Shown here one piece after another: positions 39,348 through 50,635 of a stretch of DNA of 64,000 bases. Made by a program: the position numbers and the translations under genes. The DNA is from Coniocarpon cinnabarinum. Its lineage: Eukaryota. The first letter of the stretch is position 1, and the number at the start of each line of letters is the position of its first letter. The stretch covers positions 124,001-188,000 of the forward strand of contig JAVECO010000008.1 of NCBI GenBank assembly GCA_051942205.1, given 5' to 3'. The notes below the pieces were generated by a model, which saw nothing but the letters and a program-made list of their open reading frames with translations, made no database searches and was not told the origin of the DNA.

Positions 39348-41362
39348 TCATTCATTGAGCTGCACGCGGCACCCATCTGCCGGTGCTACCGTCAACGAGA
39401 AGACTTGCCCCTCGGCTCCAATCGGCTCGACCTTCTCGTCTGCCGGCAATCTAATCTGCGGAAAGGTCTGGACAATCCGGATGATAACGTAGTACGCTTC
39501 AAGCAAGGCGAAGTCCTCTGTGGGACGTTAGTCTCTGGGGGAAGGTTTTCGGGCAAGGTCAAGCCATGAAGAGGAGCACTTACTTCCGAGACAAACGCGA
39601 GGACCGCCGTTGAAAGGTGCATACGCCCAGTCTATGTGCTCTTGGAGGGTTCCGTCTTCCCAGCGCTCGGGACGGAATTCTCTGGCGTCCTCGCCGTAGA
39701 TGTCGCGTCGTCGCTGCATGTGGTAGACGGAGTAGCCGATGCCGTCGCCTTTGCGGATGAGCACAGGTGATTGTCCGTCTGGACCTCCACCTCGGGGGAG
39801 GACGGTGGTGTTGACTGCGTATCGTGCGTTGACGGGCGCAGATGGATACAAACGGAGCGCTGGGTTTGCCAGGTCAGCTTCTACGCGAGATAACGCTAAA
39901 TTCACCCATCGTGTGGACAATGACTTACTTTCAGCAACTACGTGTCTCAGGTACGGCAAGTCCTGGATGACCGCCTTATCGACTTTCGGACTACCACTGA
40001 GGACCGTCTCAATCTCTTGCTGTAGCCGCTCTAACACGTCTCTGTGACGCACAAGCATCCGACTGACGTTTCTTGTTAGCAAATAACCCGAGAGCGCTTC
40101 AGAGGGACGGCCGTACAAAGTCCAAGCCAGCAGACACGCTGTGGTGTCCCGCCCAGCAAGCAGCAGGCCCATCAGCTCGTCGCGGACCACCGTGCGGTTC
40201 CCAAGCTCCTTGTACATGTTCCGGATGAAAAGATAGCGATCGTCATCTTCTGCAGAGTCTGACTTCTCGTCCAGCGCCTTTCTCACGAAAACATCCGCGT
40301 AGGCCTGGACTCGCTTGCAAGCTTTGACAAAGCTTTTCGGCTTGTAGAGCAAGCCCAAGTCTCCCAGCTTCATCCTCATGTTGGTGATCCAGGCGGCGTA
40401 GTCGAAGCTCTGGCCGAAGCCGTCATCAACATCGTTCCTCAAGCTCTCAACTGATTCTCCAAAGACCAGCGCCGTCGTCGTGTCCAGGGTGAACTTGGCA
40501 AACCAAGGCTCAAGATCGGTGGCGGAACTGCCCGCCTCTGAAAGTCGAGCGACGAGAAGTTCAACGTGTGTTGCGAAATGGTCAAGGTTGTGGTAACGAA
40601 TACGAGTGAATTGTTTTCGCAGAAGGTCTCGATGCATCTTCGCCAGTGAGCCATCTTGGAGGAAAAGACATTCGCCCAGGAGGTCTTTGGCCGCCGCGCG
40701 CATCTTGCGAACTTGAAACACTGTGAGCAGAGTCAGAAATCATGCAATGTGAATGATGGCTCGAGGGACATTACCAAGCTCGCTCTTGTTGCTCGTCGTG
40801 GTTGTGAGAATAGCTTTGACATTCTCTGGATCCAGAGTGATGAAGACGTCCACGCCGAAGAGACGTTGAATGAGGTTGGGTCCTCTCTCGTCGAGATAGC
40901 TTTCGTAGAAAGCCAGCAGACGATTGTTGGCGTTGGCTTGGAAGATTCGTCGAACCAGGTCGACTGACAGCGGCCATTTCCCACTGACAACAGTTTCTAC
41001 AGGTTGACAGCTATGTGCCCGCGCAAAGTCATTGTGAGCCTTTCGTTCAAGCTATGTTGCATTCGTCAGCTCTCTGCAAGATAGCTACCGCGCTGAAGCT
41101 GGCTTACAGCTCGATCCCAGACGAGCTTCAAAAAGCGCGCAGCTAAAAGCAAGCACAAGAAGAACAGCACATGCTGCACCAGCCGACCGAGGTCGACACG
41201 TGTGTTAAGAAAGGTGTTAATCAAAGCATTTCTGGTCGATAGCGGGAGGCCCTCTCTAACGGATTGGTATGCAGATCTCGGCAAATAAGTAAGTGACGAC
41301 GCATCCTTCTGCCAATGGAGAGGAAGGATGGCTGGTAACGATTGAAGAGAAGAGAACGACAT
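39348..41362 (-). CDS. Cytochrome P450, CYP52 clan (alkane/fatty-acid hydroxylase-like), multi-exon
   Basis: TLDPENVKAIL, FTLDTTTALVFGESV, I-helix LLAGRDTTA, ExxR (E|TLRLYP after splicing), LPRGGGPDGQSPVLIRKG, FRPERW and heme motif PFNGGPRVCLG. The last exon ends ...DGCRVQLNE* at 39348. The start at 41362 is tentative. Confidence 0.92.
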
Positions 41363-43490
41363 AATGAAAAAAAGGAATTCGACGCTTTGAGCCGCAAGAG
41401 CGGTCCAAAAAACTTTGACTTTGAGGAAGACATCTCTTGTATCCAATGCATGGAAGCTATGGTCATAGCTGTGCACTTCCACCAGCTGGCTTCCTTGAGA
41501 TTCGCTGACATGACGTGATGAAGGGGTAGAAAGAGAAGAAGAAAGGTTGCTTGAGCGGTGACTCTTCTAGTTTGTGCGCATTGATGCTGTAACGCCGGGG
41601 GCGACGAACGCTTTGTCGAGCAAGCAGACCCAGACCATTTGCTGCAAGTAGCAGCCTCTTACCAATTGGCCAGATGGGGCCTCTTGAAGCACGTGCGTTT
41701 GATGAAACGGCTTGAAGTAGGGGTAGCTCTGGGGCAAGGCTTTCTCGAGGTGTATTTTTCCACTGTAGCTTAAGTTTGCTGCCATCCGGGGGAGTCAGCT
41801 AGCGCATACGCAACCCGGCCATCTCTGAGTATACTCTAGAGCATCTCTTGAAAGTGATTGCTTGCTGATTACTCTGCAGACAGCTCAAACAATGTCGAGC
41901 CGCGCGACCACCAGGACTGCCTGGGTCCATTCCTCTCGGCAAAAGCCGTGCTTGCGAGGGCATCTCGTAGCCGCTTGCACGTCAGGGAACAGCGGAGAGT
42001 GGAGGGCAGACTTGATACACGGCCCCAACCCGAGACGTTCCGACGAGACGCCCACCTCGCCGTCGGGCCGAGACAAGATGACACCTGTGCGCTCCCGACT
42101 TTCACTTACGCGCGCAACACTTGGCTTGACTAATCCTGCACTAATGCTCACCAAAATGGGATGATCGTTTGGCGAGTCGGGCCTTCAAATCATAAGCTTG
42201 AGATGTGGCATCACGGCGTGACGCTATGTCTGTTTTGTCTCTTACTCATGCTGATGCCATCGCTGCGAAACGAAACAAAGGGCTTTCCTGCTTACCTCGC
42301 AAAACGCAAATCACTGACCGGGTTTCTTCAACGGGGGTGAAGGTTCATCATGAGAGCTCGTCAGTGCACCCTGACAACGGCTAATGAAGGATCATCGCCT
42401 CTTGCCACGACTTGATGCTCCTCCGGACGCCGCGGATGCCACACATACGCTCCACGTTTCCAGCGGTCCCGAGACTGCTGCGTATGAAAGCTCGTGTCAA
42501 CAGGCTGCACGCATCGAGCATCCAGGAATACATGCGACATACTTGTCATGTTTCCGCATCCACTAAGGATGATCTTACGAGGATGCGCGCAAATCCTACC
42601 GAGATCGTGCATGCAATCTGAAGACGTGTTCAGGCAGTGCCCCAGGGCATATGGTGTCAATTACTGCGCTGCTGATGACGCTGAGCCCAGGTGTATGTTT
42701 CTGCTCTCAACCATTGACTGGACCCCTCTTGCTGCGTCAAGCCACAGCCTGCTCTGTTCATGGCTTTTCAACTGCCCGTCTATCCTTTTATGGTTTTGCA
42801 TTACGAGCCTTCTTTATTGCCATCGAAACACACGTAAACGACGCCGCCATTTCTGCTCGTCTCTTCGAGCTCGAATCCGTCGTGTATTCTCGTTGCGACT
42901 GATTCTGCTGGCAAGAAGCACGCCGACTCAGTCGCCCGTGAATATGCTCTTCGTATAATACGCATTTTGGTCTATCCTACCCCAAATCACCCTTCGGTCT
43001 TGGTATCACTGCGATGACCATTAAGTTCATCATGCTCGCTAACGCCAACGCATCTTCACTTGAGAAGCCTAGTAGCGCTTATTGACAACGTTGGCTCTAC
43101 AACGTCGTGCTCCACCTTGCTGTGCAATTGGGGCAGGACACAGCATTCAGTCCAGTACGCTGACCCGAGGGCAGCGCTAGTTGCATGACAGATGATCAGA
43201 CATAATTTCCTCGAGGGCACGTCGGCAAAGGCCCGACCTCAAGGTCTCCGGCCAAGCAACAGCGGGGTCGCTCCAGTGAATTTACTCAAGCGAAGTCATC
43301 TACGAACAGAGTGAGCATCGTGAAAGCTCCGAACTGTGTCGACCATCATATCTCGGACAATAGTTTATCCGGGTTTCCCTCTTGTCGCTCCAGCGCCTAC
43401 CTAGTCTTTTATAACGATACCGGTCCTCCGGTCCGTAAGGTCGATTCACGCAGTCAGATCCCAATATCCTCAGACATAGACAAAAAAGTC

Positions 43491-44033
43491 ATGCTCGCCA
43501 TAACAATAACCGCTGACCTCCAAAATGTCACCGCCCTCACCCCAATCGACACCGAAACCCAACCCTTCCACTACACACTCACACTGCAATGCACCTCCTG
43601 CCGCGAAACGCACCCCAATCCCGTAACGGTGACGCGCTTCTCCGAGGCCACCGCGCCTGGGTCGAAACCGGGCGCCCAACCCTTCAACCTCGTGTTCAAA
43701 TGCCGCAACTGCACGCGCACGCATACACTCTCCATCCCTGCGCCGCCGGCGCCGTATCGGCACCCGGAGGATGAGGCCGTGCCGAGGAATAAAGCCACAA
43801 AGATGGCGGAGAAGAAGCAGAATCTGCTGTCTATGGATTGTAGGGGGATTGAGGTTGTGGGGTTTGTGCCTGAGGGGTTGTGGAGTGCAAAGGGCTTGGA
43901 GAGTGGCATTGCTTTTGAGGAGGTGGTGTTTGAGGGTGGTAAAGATGGGCGGTGGGAATGGTTTGATTATGATGAGAAGGTGGGGGAAGAGGTGAGCGTG
44001 ACGAATGCGGTGTTTGAGATTGGGAGGGCGTGA
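43491..44033 (+). CDS. DUF866/UPF0587 (CXXC zinc-binding, C1orf123-like) protein
   Basis: MLAITITADLQNVTALTP...QCTSCRETHPN...NLVFKCRNC...DCRGIEVVGF...EWFDYDEKVGEEVSV. Confidence 0.9.
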   Translation: MLAITITADLQNVTALTPIDTETQPFHYTLTLQCTSCRETHPNPVTVTRFSEATAPGSKPGAQPFNLVFKCRNCTRTHTLSIPAPPAPYRHPEDEAVPRNKATKMAEKKQNLLSMDCRGIEVVGFVPEGLWSAKGLESGIAFEEVVFEGGKDGRWEWFDYDEKVGEEVSVTNAVFEIGRA

Positions 44034-44336
44034 TGGGGAAGGACGGGTGGGGTGGATGGGTGCAAGACACGCACAGAGTGATGAAGAGGTGAAGATGTTT
44101 GACGTCTGATGAGAAATGATGTATGATATGGACGTGATTACTGAAAATATCCAAAGAGCGCGATACCCGTTGCATGTACTGCACTGAAGCAAAATCTGTG
44201 ATGCAATTTCATTCAGCATTTTCAGCATTGCCAAGCGGATGTGCCAAAGACCTAGCGTGGGATGTTTTATGTATAGATGCCTAGCATCTTGTGCGAGCAG
44301 GCTCGCGATAAACAACTACCCGAGATCATCAACGCC

Positions 44337-46268
44337 CTACGTGTTGTGGTCAGATGGTGGATAAGGTGGTTGAAATAGGCCAGGCACATGCAGACCCGCC
44401 CCGCTTCCGCGTGTTTCTAACTTGATTGGTGCTTCTGAACTGCTCGGGTATGTGAGTTCTAGGGATGAGGATCCCCTCTCACGAAGAATAATTTCAACCG
44501 TTTTTCTAATAAGTCGAAGATCTTGCTTATTTTTCGAAGTTCGACAGCCCATCGAGATGAACACAAGACTTCTCATGTGAGACTGCCATCGTGTTAGTTT
44601 CGCCGCGCGGGGAGCCTTTCATCATTATCGTGCGATGCTTACGTAGGATAAGTTGTCATGAAAAAACAAGCAATATTTCGTTTCTTCAAGGCAGAAGAGT
44701 CTCGAGTGGGTCCTCAGTCGACCCACGACCTCCGGGCTCAACCATTCCTTGTCTATTCGTGTGAAGATTGAGCTGCCAAGTCTCTCATCCGTCGAGGGAT
44801 CCTCTTTCCAGTGTTGACGTTTCCTGTCACGACCGCAATAATACGAAACTTGACGGTAATCTCCCTTTTGCCAGGGAAACGATTTACCGCTTTCGATGAA
44901 ATAAGCCCAAAGAAGCCATGCAAGCTCGACGATCAAGATGGTCTGATCTCCGAGACTAAGCTACTAGCAAATGACACGGGCCTGTGACTTGACAGCCCTG
45001 CTATCCAAGTCCGACTCGACATTAAACCTCAACGGACAATGGGCATGGAGAGGCCGCTCGTTTTGATCACAACCTGACTCCGGAGATTTGTTCACAGAAG
45101 GAGTCTCTTTGCTGCAGATGTCCGAAATTAGCGATGGGAGCCGCAATCTAGAGTTTGAACCTTACCGAAGCTGCTCAGTTTCATATGCGCATAGAAACTC
45201 CTCTACGGGATACGACCCGTCCAAGGTGTTGACGTCCAACAATTTACGAATGGTATCTGCGTTTTTGACAGACTCTGAGGCTGGAAGTGGGCACTCCGAT
45301 ATGCGATGAGGTCGTTTCAATGGCGTCCATGGCAGAATCTTGATCAGAGCTCTAAAGGCGTCACTTGCGTTGTCGTTATCTTCTTTCGCTCTTTCATCAC
45401 CGTATAATATGTCGGAGGGACCAGCTGTATTCCGACTTATAGCATTGGAGCAAGGCTTTACGGTGTTTTGATGCAATAGAGGATTGGGGTTGCGGACCGG
45501 GGATCCCTCAGACTCAATCTCGGAGTCGGACTCCAAGCTTGCCCTCACGTCTCCTTCCAAAAAGTCATCGTCGGGATCGGTTTCATTACCCGTTGGACAC
45601 GATGACCTCTCAGCTGCTGAGTGCGCACTCAATTCTGCTTCGTGAGCTTTCGATACGGACTCCTCCGCCACTCGCAGAGAAGCAGCAAGTTTCTCCAAAG
45701 TATCCTTCATCTCCGACTGATGTTGCTCGAGTTGCCGCTCCGTATCACGCTGAAATTGACGAAAATTTCTTTTCAATCTATGTTCGAATTCATGTCAGTA
45801 TGCTGCGCTACTTGTTCATTGCGTAGAGAAGGACTTCGCAGCTTGCCTATGATATTTCTGTCCCCCTTGGGATAATTGGACTGTTTGAACCAATAACGAC
45901 AATGTCGATGTACTGGCCTCCAGCTCCCTCACCATCTGCTCCGTCCTTGAACTTTCGAACAACCACGTCATTCGATCAAAACCTCGCGGTCGGGTCGACC
46001 GTATGTTTTTGTTAATCCTGTGAAGAATTCTTTTGTTCATTCTACGAATCTGGCGCACAGAAGCTTCAAAATTCTTAGAGTAAGCCCTATCGCTTGCTGT
46101 GAGGACTTGATAAACTTCTCTAAAGACTAACGCCAAAGTGCCGACTCGCTTAGCGACGCTAGAGATCTCATTGCGGGCGCTTAAGATCGTTTCCCCCATT
46201 TCGTACAAGAGTTTGCCAGTCTCAAGCGCAAATCCGATAATACCAAGAACACTAGCAGCCTCAGCCAT
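44337..46268 (-). CDS. Protein with a fungal STAND-type N-terminal helical (HeLo-like/SesA-like) domain and no NACHT; multi-exon, 3' model uncertain
   Basis: MAEAASVLGIIGFALETGKLLYEMGETILSARNEISSVAKRVGTLALVFREV...RMTWLFESSRTEQMVRELEASTSTLSLLV is typical of this domain. A GC-AG intron (45846-45778) and GT-AG introns near 45165-45113 and 44641-44583 join the ORFs. The junction near 44950-44990 is unresolved. Confidence 0.65.
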
Positions 46269-47371
46269 GGCGATGAGAGCATACAGAACGTGCTATCGTC
46301 AGAAATATGGTTGGGGATGTTGTGTTCTTGTATTGATGTATGAAGCATTCTAGAATCACTAAGGAGATCTTTGCGGGACTCATCGCGATCGTGCACACGG
46401 GCCGCGCCACGAGCTCTGAAACGATTGGCAAAATCGTTCAGAAGTAAACCTTGTGAGATGAAGACTGAATAAGGTATACGCATATGCGAGCCAATCAGTC
46501 TACGAATCATCCAGAGGTCATGCAACTCACGGAGGACACGCCACGCAAATGGGCAGGTCCGGTATTCCATAATACCGGGGCGCTTCGGGAACGTGCATCT
46601 GTTGGGATTCTTTTTCTGAAATCTCGGCACTTCGTGCGCAGGGTCTTAGTACGCGTCATGAAGCCAGGTGAAAAGGCCTTTGCAAGCGAATCTGGTGTTA
46701 ACGTTGTTACGTTCAAGAATTGCTTGCCCTCATCCCGATCAGCTTTACTACTTGCCGAATAGGCACTATAAATGGAGACAGACGTCGAGCGGGAGTGGCC
46801 CTGACTATCGTCTGAAAGAGCACCAATGCTCCATTACAGAGGGCATAGAGACCTAAGATTGAAACCTGAAACAGGCAGGAAGCTTTAGTGTCTGGCTGAG
46901 CTGTGATGTGTCGCGCCAAAAGCCTCCAGTATGCTCGAGCGCACAGATCAGAATCGCAAGCGCTCTGCTAAGCCGCTTCTGAGATCCGTTGAACATTGCC
47001 AAAGCCATATGGTCACGCTGGTATAGTACACCAACCGGCAAGGCCGGCACACCTGGTGGACAGATGAATTACTCGATTTTAGGGTTTTGTGACCCTATAT
47101 TTAGCAAGTGATGTCTTACGCAAATCCTTAGCCAAACAGCATACCTAGCGATGCTTTTGCAACTCATTCATAATGAGAGTCTTGGGTGACCATCAACGCT
47201 GCACGCCATTTCCCTTGTACGATTCAGGCATCAGCTGGACCAAAGTAGGAGCTCGATCGCGGAATGTTAGCTCGCATCGATCTGGTCATGCTGTTCCTGG
47301 CAGCCTCCCGTTAAGCACTTGGAAAACCCATCCGCCTTAGATCTAATGACCGCAGAGCTCCTGAACCGATC

Positions 47372-50146
47372 ATGTCTGCTGCCGATGCGGGTCTCGCTCG
47401 TGTTTATGTGGCTAATGAAAGGCCTCCATCTATTCGAGTCAGATACTTCTATGCATCTCAACTAGCGCTAGACGACCCTCTGTCACCGGTACCTGCTCCT
47501 ACCACTGCTACAGCCGCCAGTCGCATACCTCCGAGACCGCTTTCAAAACAAGACAGCGAAGCGGTTGAGAAGGCGTGGACTGAGCTTCGACACAAGCTTC
47601 GGGTCTACCGTGAAGAGCAAGAAAAGCATGCTAGGTTGAGAGATAGGACGGCGCAGCCTTCACCTGCCACAAGACTGCGTGCCAAGAGTGTCGTTGGAAG
47701 CCTTTCGAGAGAGCAGTCACTCAGCAAAAGGTCAAGTCAAGCTTCTGACGAATTCAGATCTGCATCATTAGGCAAAACTTTCCCAGCTGTGGATAAGAGG
47801 AGCTCACTCCCTGTGTCAGATGGAAAGCGTATCTCCTATGCTGATGACCAGACATATTCAAGCAGTCCCAAATCTGTAGCCGATGTTGAGGCCAATTTCG
47901 ACATCGGTGAATCCAACCAGGGCACGACGGGTACGCCATTTGTAAGAGCTCCTAGGAGGAAGAAGGCATCTATCCAGGGCACCAAACGTAGCGCCAGCCC
48001 ACCAACACCACGCAGTCGACATCCGTCCAGTGCAAGACGTGCGAGCAGCATCAGCGAAGACTTGCAAGGGCACGACATCTATGCCCCATCCCCAGAGGCT
48101 ACTGTTCCTGTCGGTGTCTCCAGACTTCACGAAGTAGTACTGCCCAATTTTCAGTGAGTACAAGCTTTGCGAGTCACTTGCAAGGCTAACGATCAATCCA
48201 GATTGCAGCCTATATACTGGTCGCCCGCAAATGACATTGCAAAGATCATACGTGGTACCTGGTTCTACAAGGACACACTGTTACCAGTCGAAACGGACAT
48301 TGCGAATCTTCTCGAGGCTGGTTACATGAAGCTTCGACCTTGGACTTCGAGATGGGCCGACGAGCTCAGTAGCGCCGCTCATGCTGGTCCAGCTGGCGAG
48401 GAAAAGATTGCACACATTCTCTGGCCGAAAGCCTCTGAAAGGAAGCCCAATAGTCGCCCAGGTACATCGGCAAGCACCCAGGCCAAAGGCGAAGAGACTT
48501 CCCCTGACCAAGAACGAAAGCGTATCGTCAACTCTGAATGTGAAAGGATTGATCTGGATTCTGGGCCTGCGATTGACAACAAAGCAGCCGGTGATGCTCA
48601 ATATGGCAATGATGGGAAGCCGAAGCTATACAAACAAGCAGCCGTGATATACGCTGACCGGCAAGAAGCTTATATCTTGCGTCCGAATCTACAGCCTTCA
48701 GCATACTATCGTCGCAAACCGTACGCTGAATACATTCGGAAAGGACGTAGCATCGGCGTGCCTATCGTGAGGGGTTTTGATGAGGCACTCTGGGAGAGGC
48801 TGCATCCGACCAAGACGGGCTCTACCGCTCGCAAGGCATATGCAGGAGCCTCTGCACCGGATCCGCAACGAGCATCACCGGCCATCCCATCAGGCACTGG
48901 CTTACAGAATCCCCAAGTCACGGATCTTGTACTGGTCATTCACGGCATTGGTCAGAAACTGTCTGAGAGAGTGGAGAGCTATAACTTCACTTATGCGATG
49001 AACGACTTTAGACGTGAATTTAATGTCCAGCTCGGAAGCAATACCGTCCAGCCGCATTTGCGAAGGCAAATGGGCTCGATAATGGTGCTTCCTGTCAATT
49101 GGCGCTCGACGCTTTCGTTTGAAGAAGGCGGATATCGCGATGAAGAGAACGATCCTGCGGCAAATGAATATAGCCTTCAAGACATCACGCCCGACTCACT
49201 ACCCAATGTACGAAACATCGTAAGCGATGTCATGCTCGATATTCCGTATTATCTCTCACATCATCAACCTCGCATGATTCAAGCACTTGTCGACGAGACG
49301 AATCGTATATTCTCGCTCTGGTGCAAGAACAATCCTGGCTTTGACAAATGGGGACGGGTACACTTGGTGGCTCATTCGCTCGGCAGTGTTATGGCAATCG
49401 ATGTTCTCAGTGCACAGCCGACACACGTTGACATGCGTTCTGCAAATGAACACAACGAGGTTCAGAAGCATTTCATTTTCAACACGAGCAATTTGTTCCT
49501 CTGCGGTAGCCCTGCTGGCTTCTTTCTGCTGTTGAGAAAGGTCGGCTTGAGACCTCGAGCCGCGCAAGAGAAGCTAATGTCCAGCGCTGTTGACACCGAC
49601 CAAGATGTCGGAGAAGAAGCCGGCATTTACGGTTGTATTGCTGTCGAGAACGTCTACAACATTCTGAATCCTTATGACCCCGTCAGCTACCGTCTGAATG
49701 CGGCTGTGGATTCTGTATATGCGGCATCACTCAAGCATGCAGTGATTCCAAGTGCAGCTGCGCCTTGGTTCAGCTTTGGCGCCTCCGCCCGCTCTGGATA
49801 CAGCAAGTCAAGTGGCAACGGTCGCGGTCAAAGGCCCGATCCAGGTCAAAGATTTCCTTCGACCATGGAGCTGGAGACTCACAACTTTACACGAGAAGAA
49901 ATAGCCGAAAAGCGTGCATATTTACTCAATGACAACGGCCAAATTGACTACTTCTTGCGTTATGGAGGTGGTCCGCTTGAGATTCAGTACCTGACGATGC
50001 TGAGCGCGCACAGTAGCTACTGGACTTCTCAAGACTTTATCAGATTCCTAGTCATCGAGATTGGGCGAGAACCTGGACGAGAATGTGCTCTGGAGGCGCT
50101 CAAGGCAAGTAAGAAGAAGACCCTACCAATTACAGCAACCAAATAG
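47372..50146 (+). CDS. DDHD-domain phospholipase A1 (yeast Ddl1/Yor022c-like)
   Basis: PIYWSP...IIRGTWFY, DLVLVIHGIGQ, VLPVNWR, DVMLDIPYY, lipase motif VAHSLGS, LFLCGSP, YNILNPYDPVSYRL and LSAHSSYW. Intron 48154-48201. Confidence 0.92.
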
Positions 50147-50635
50147 ATGATACAAATGTCAATGCTCCTACACATGCAGGTGCAAGTGCTTTTCCTGTTT
50201 CACGGGCCATCAACGATATTCGCAACAATTGTTCGGTACAGGCGAGAGCTCTAGTAAGCCTAAGATTGAGCGTAAAAGAGAGCGCACTAGTCTCGAATGT
50301 TAGACTATGAAGCTGTAAGTGTCACTTGATGAAGCCCAGCTGCGACCAGACCGTGCTTTGCAAGCGTCCATCTGTGCTAGACTGTGCCTGGAGCTAAATG
50401 TTCTACAAAATATGACACGCGAAAATTGATTTTGGCAGGTGCCACTGATGTAAGCCCAATGGAAGGTGCGATGTAATCATTACGTCCTGATGAACCCTGA
50501 CCTCAACGTTCCTTTTATTTTGCCCCATCATAGCGTAGTGGGCTTTCCCAGTCGCATTCCTGCATACTCGTATTATACACATTTCTATTCATACGAAAAA
50601 GATTCGGCACAAATAGTGCCAGTAAGATTAGCGCA

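Noticed and set aside
39336..39348. GGCTGTAATG resembling the 5' end of fungal SRP RNA
   Set aside because: It abuts the P450 stop codon and no SRP helix-8 motif follows.
43470..44315. Long antisense ORFs (281 aa here; also 53768-54532 and many within dynein, GDE1 and ACL)
   Set aside because: These are shadows of codon bias and compositional skew on the real coding strand, with no independent protein features.
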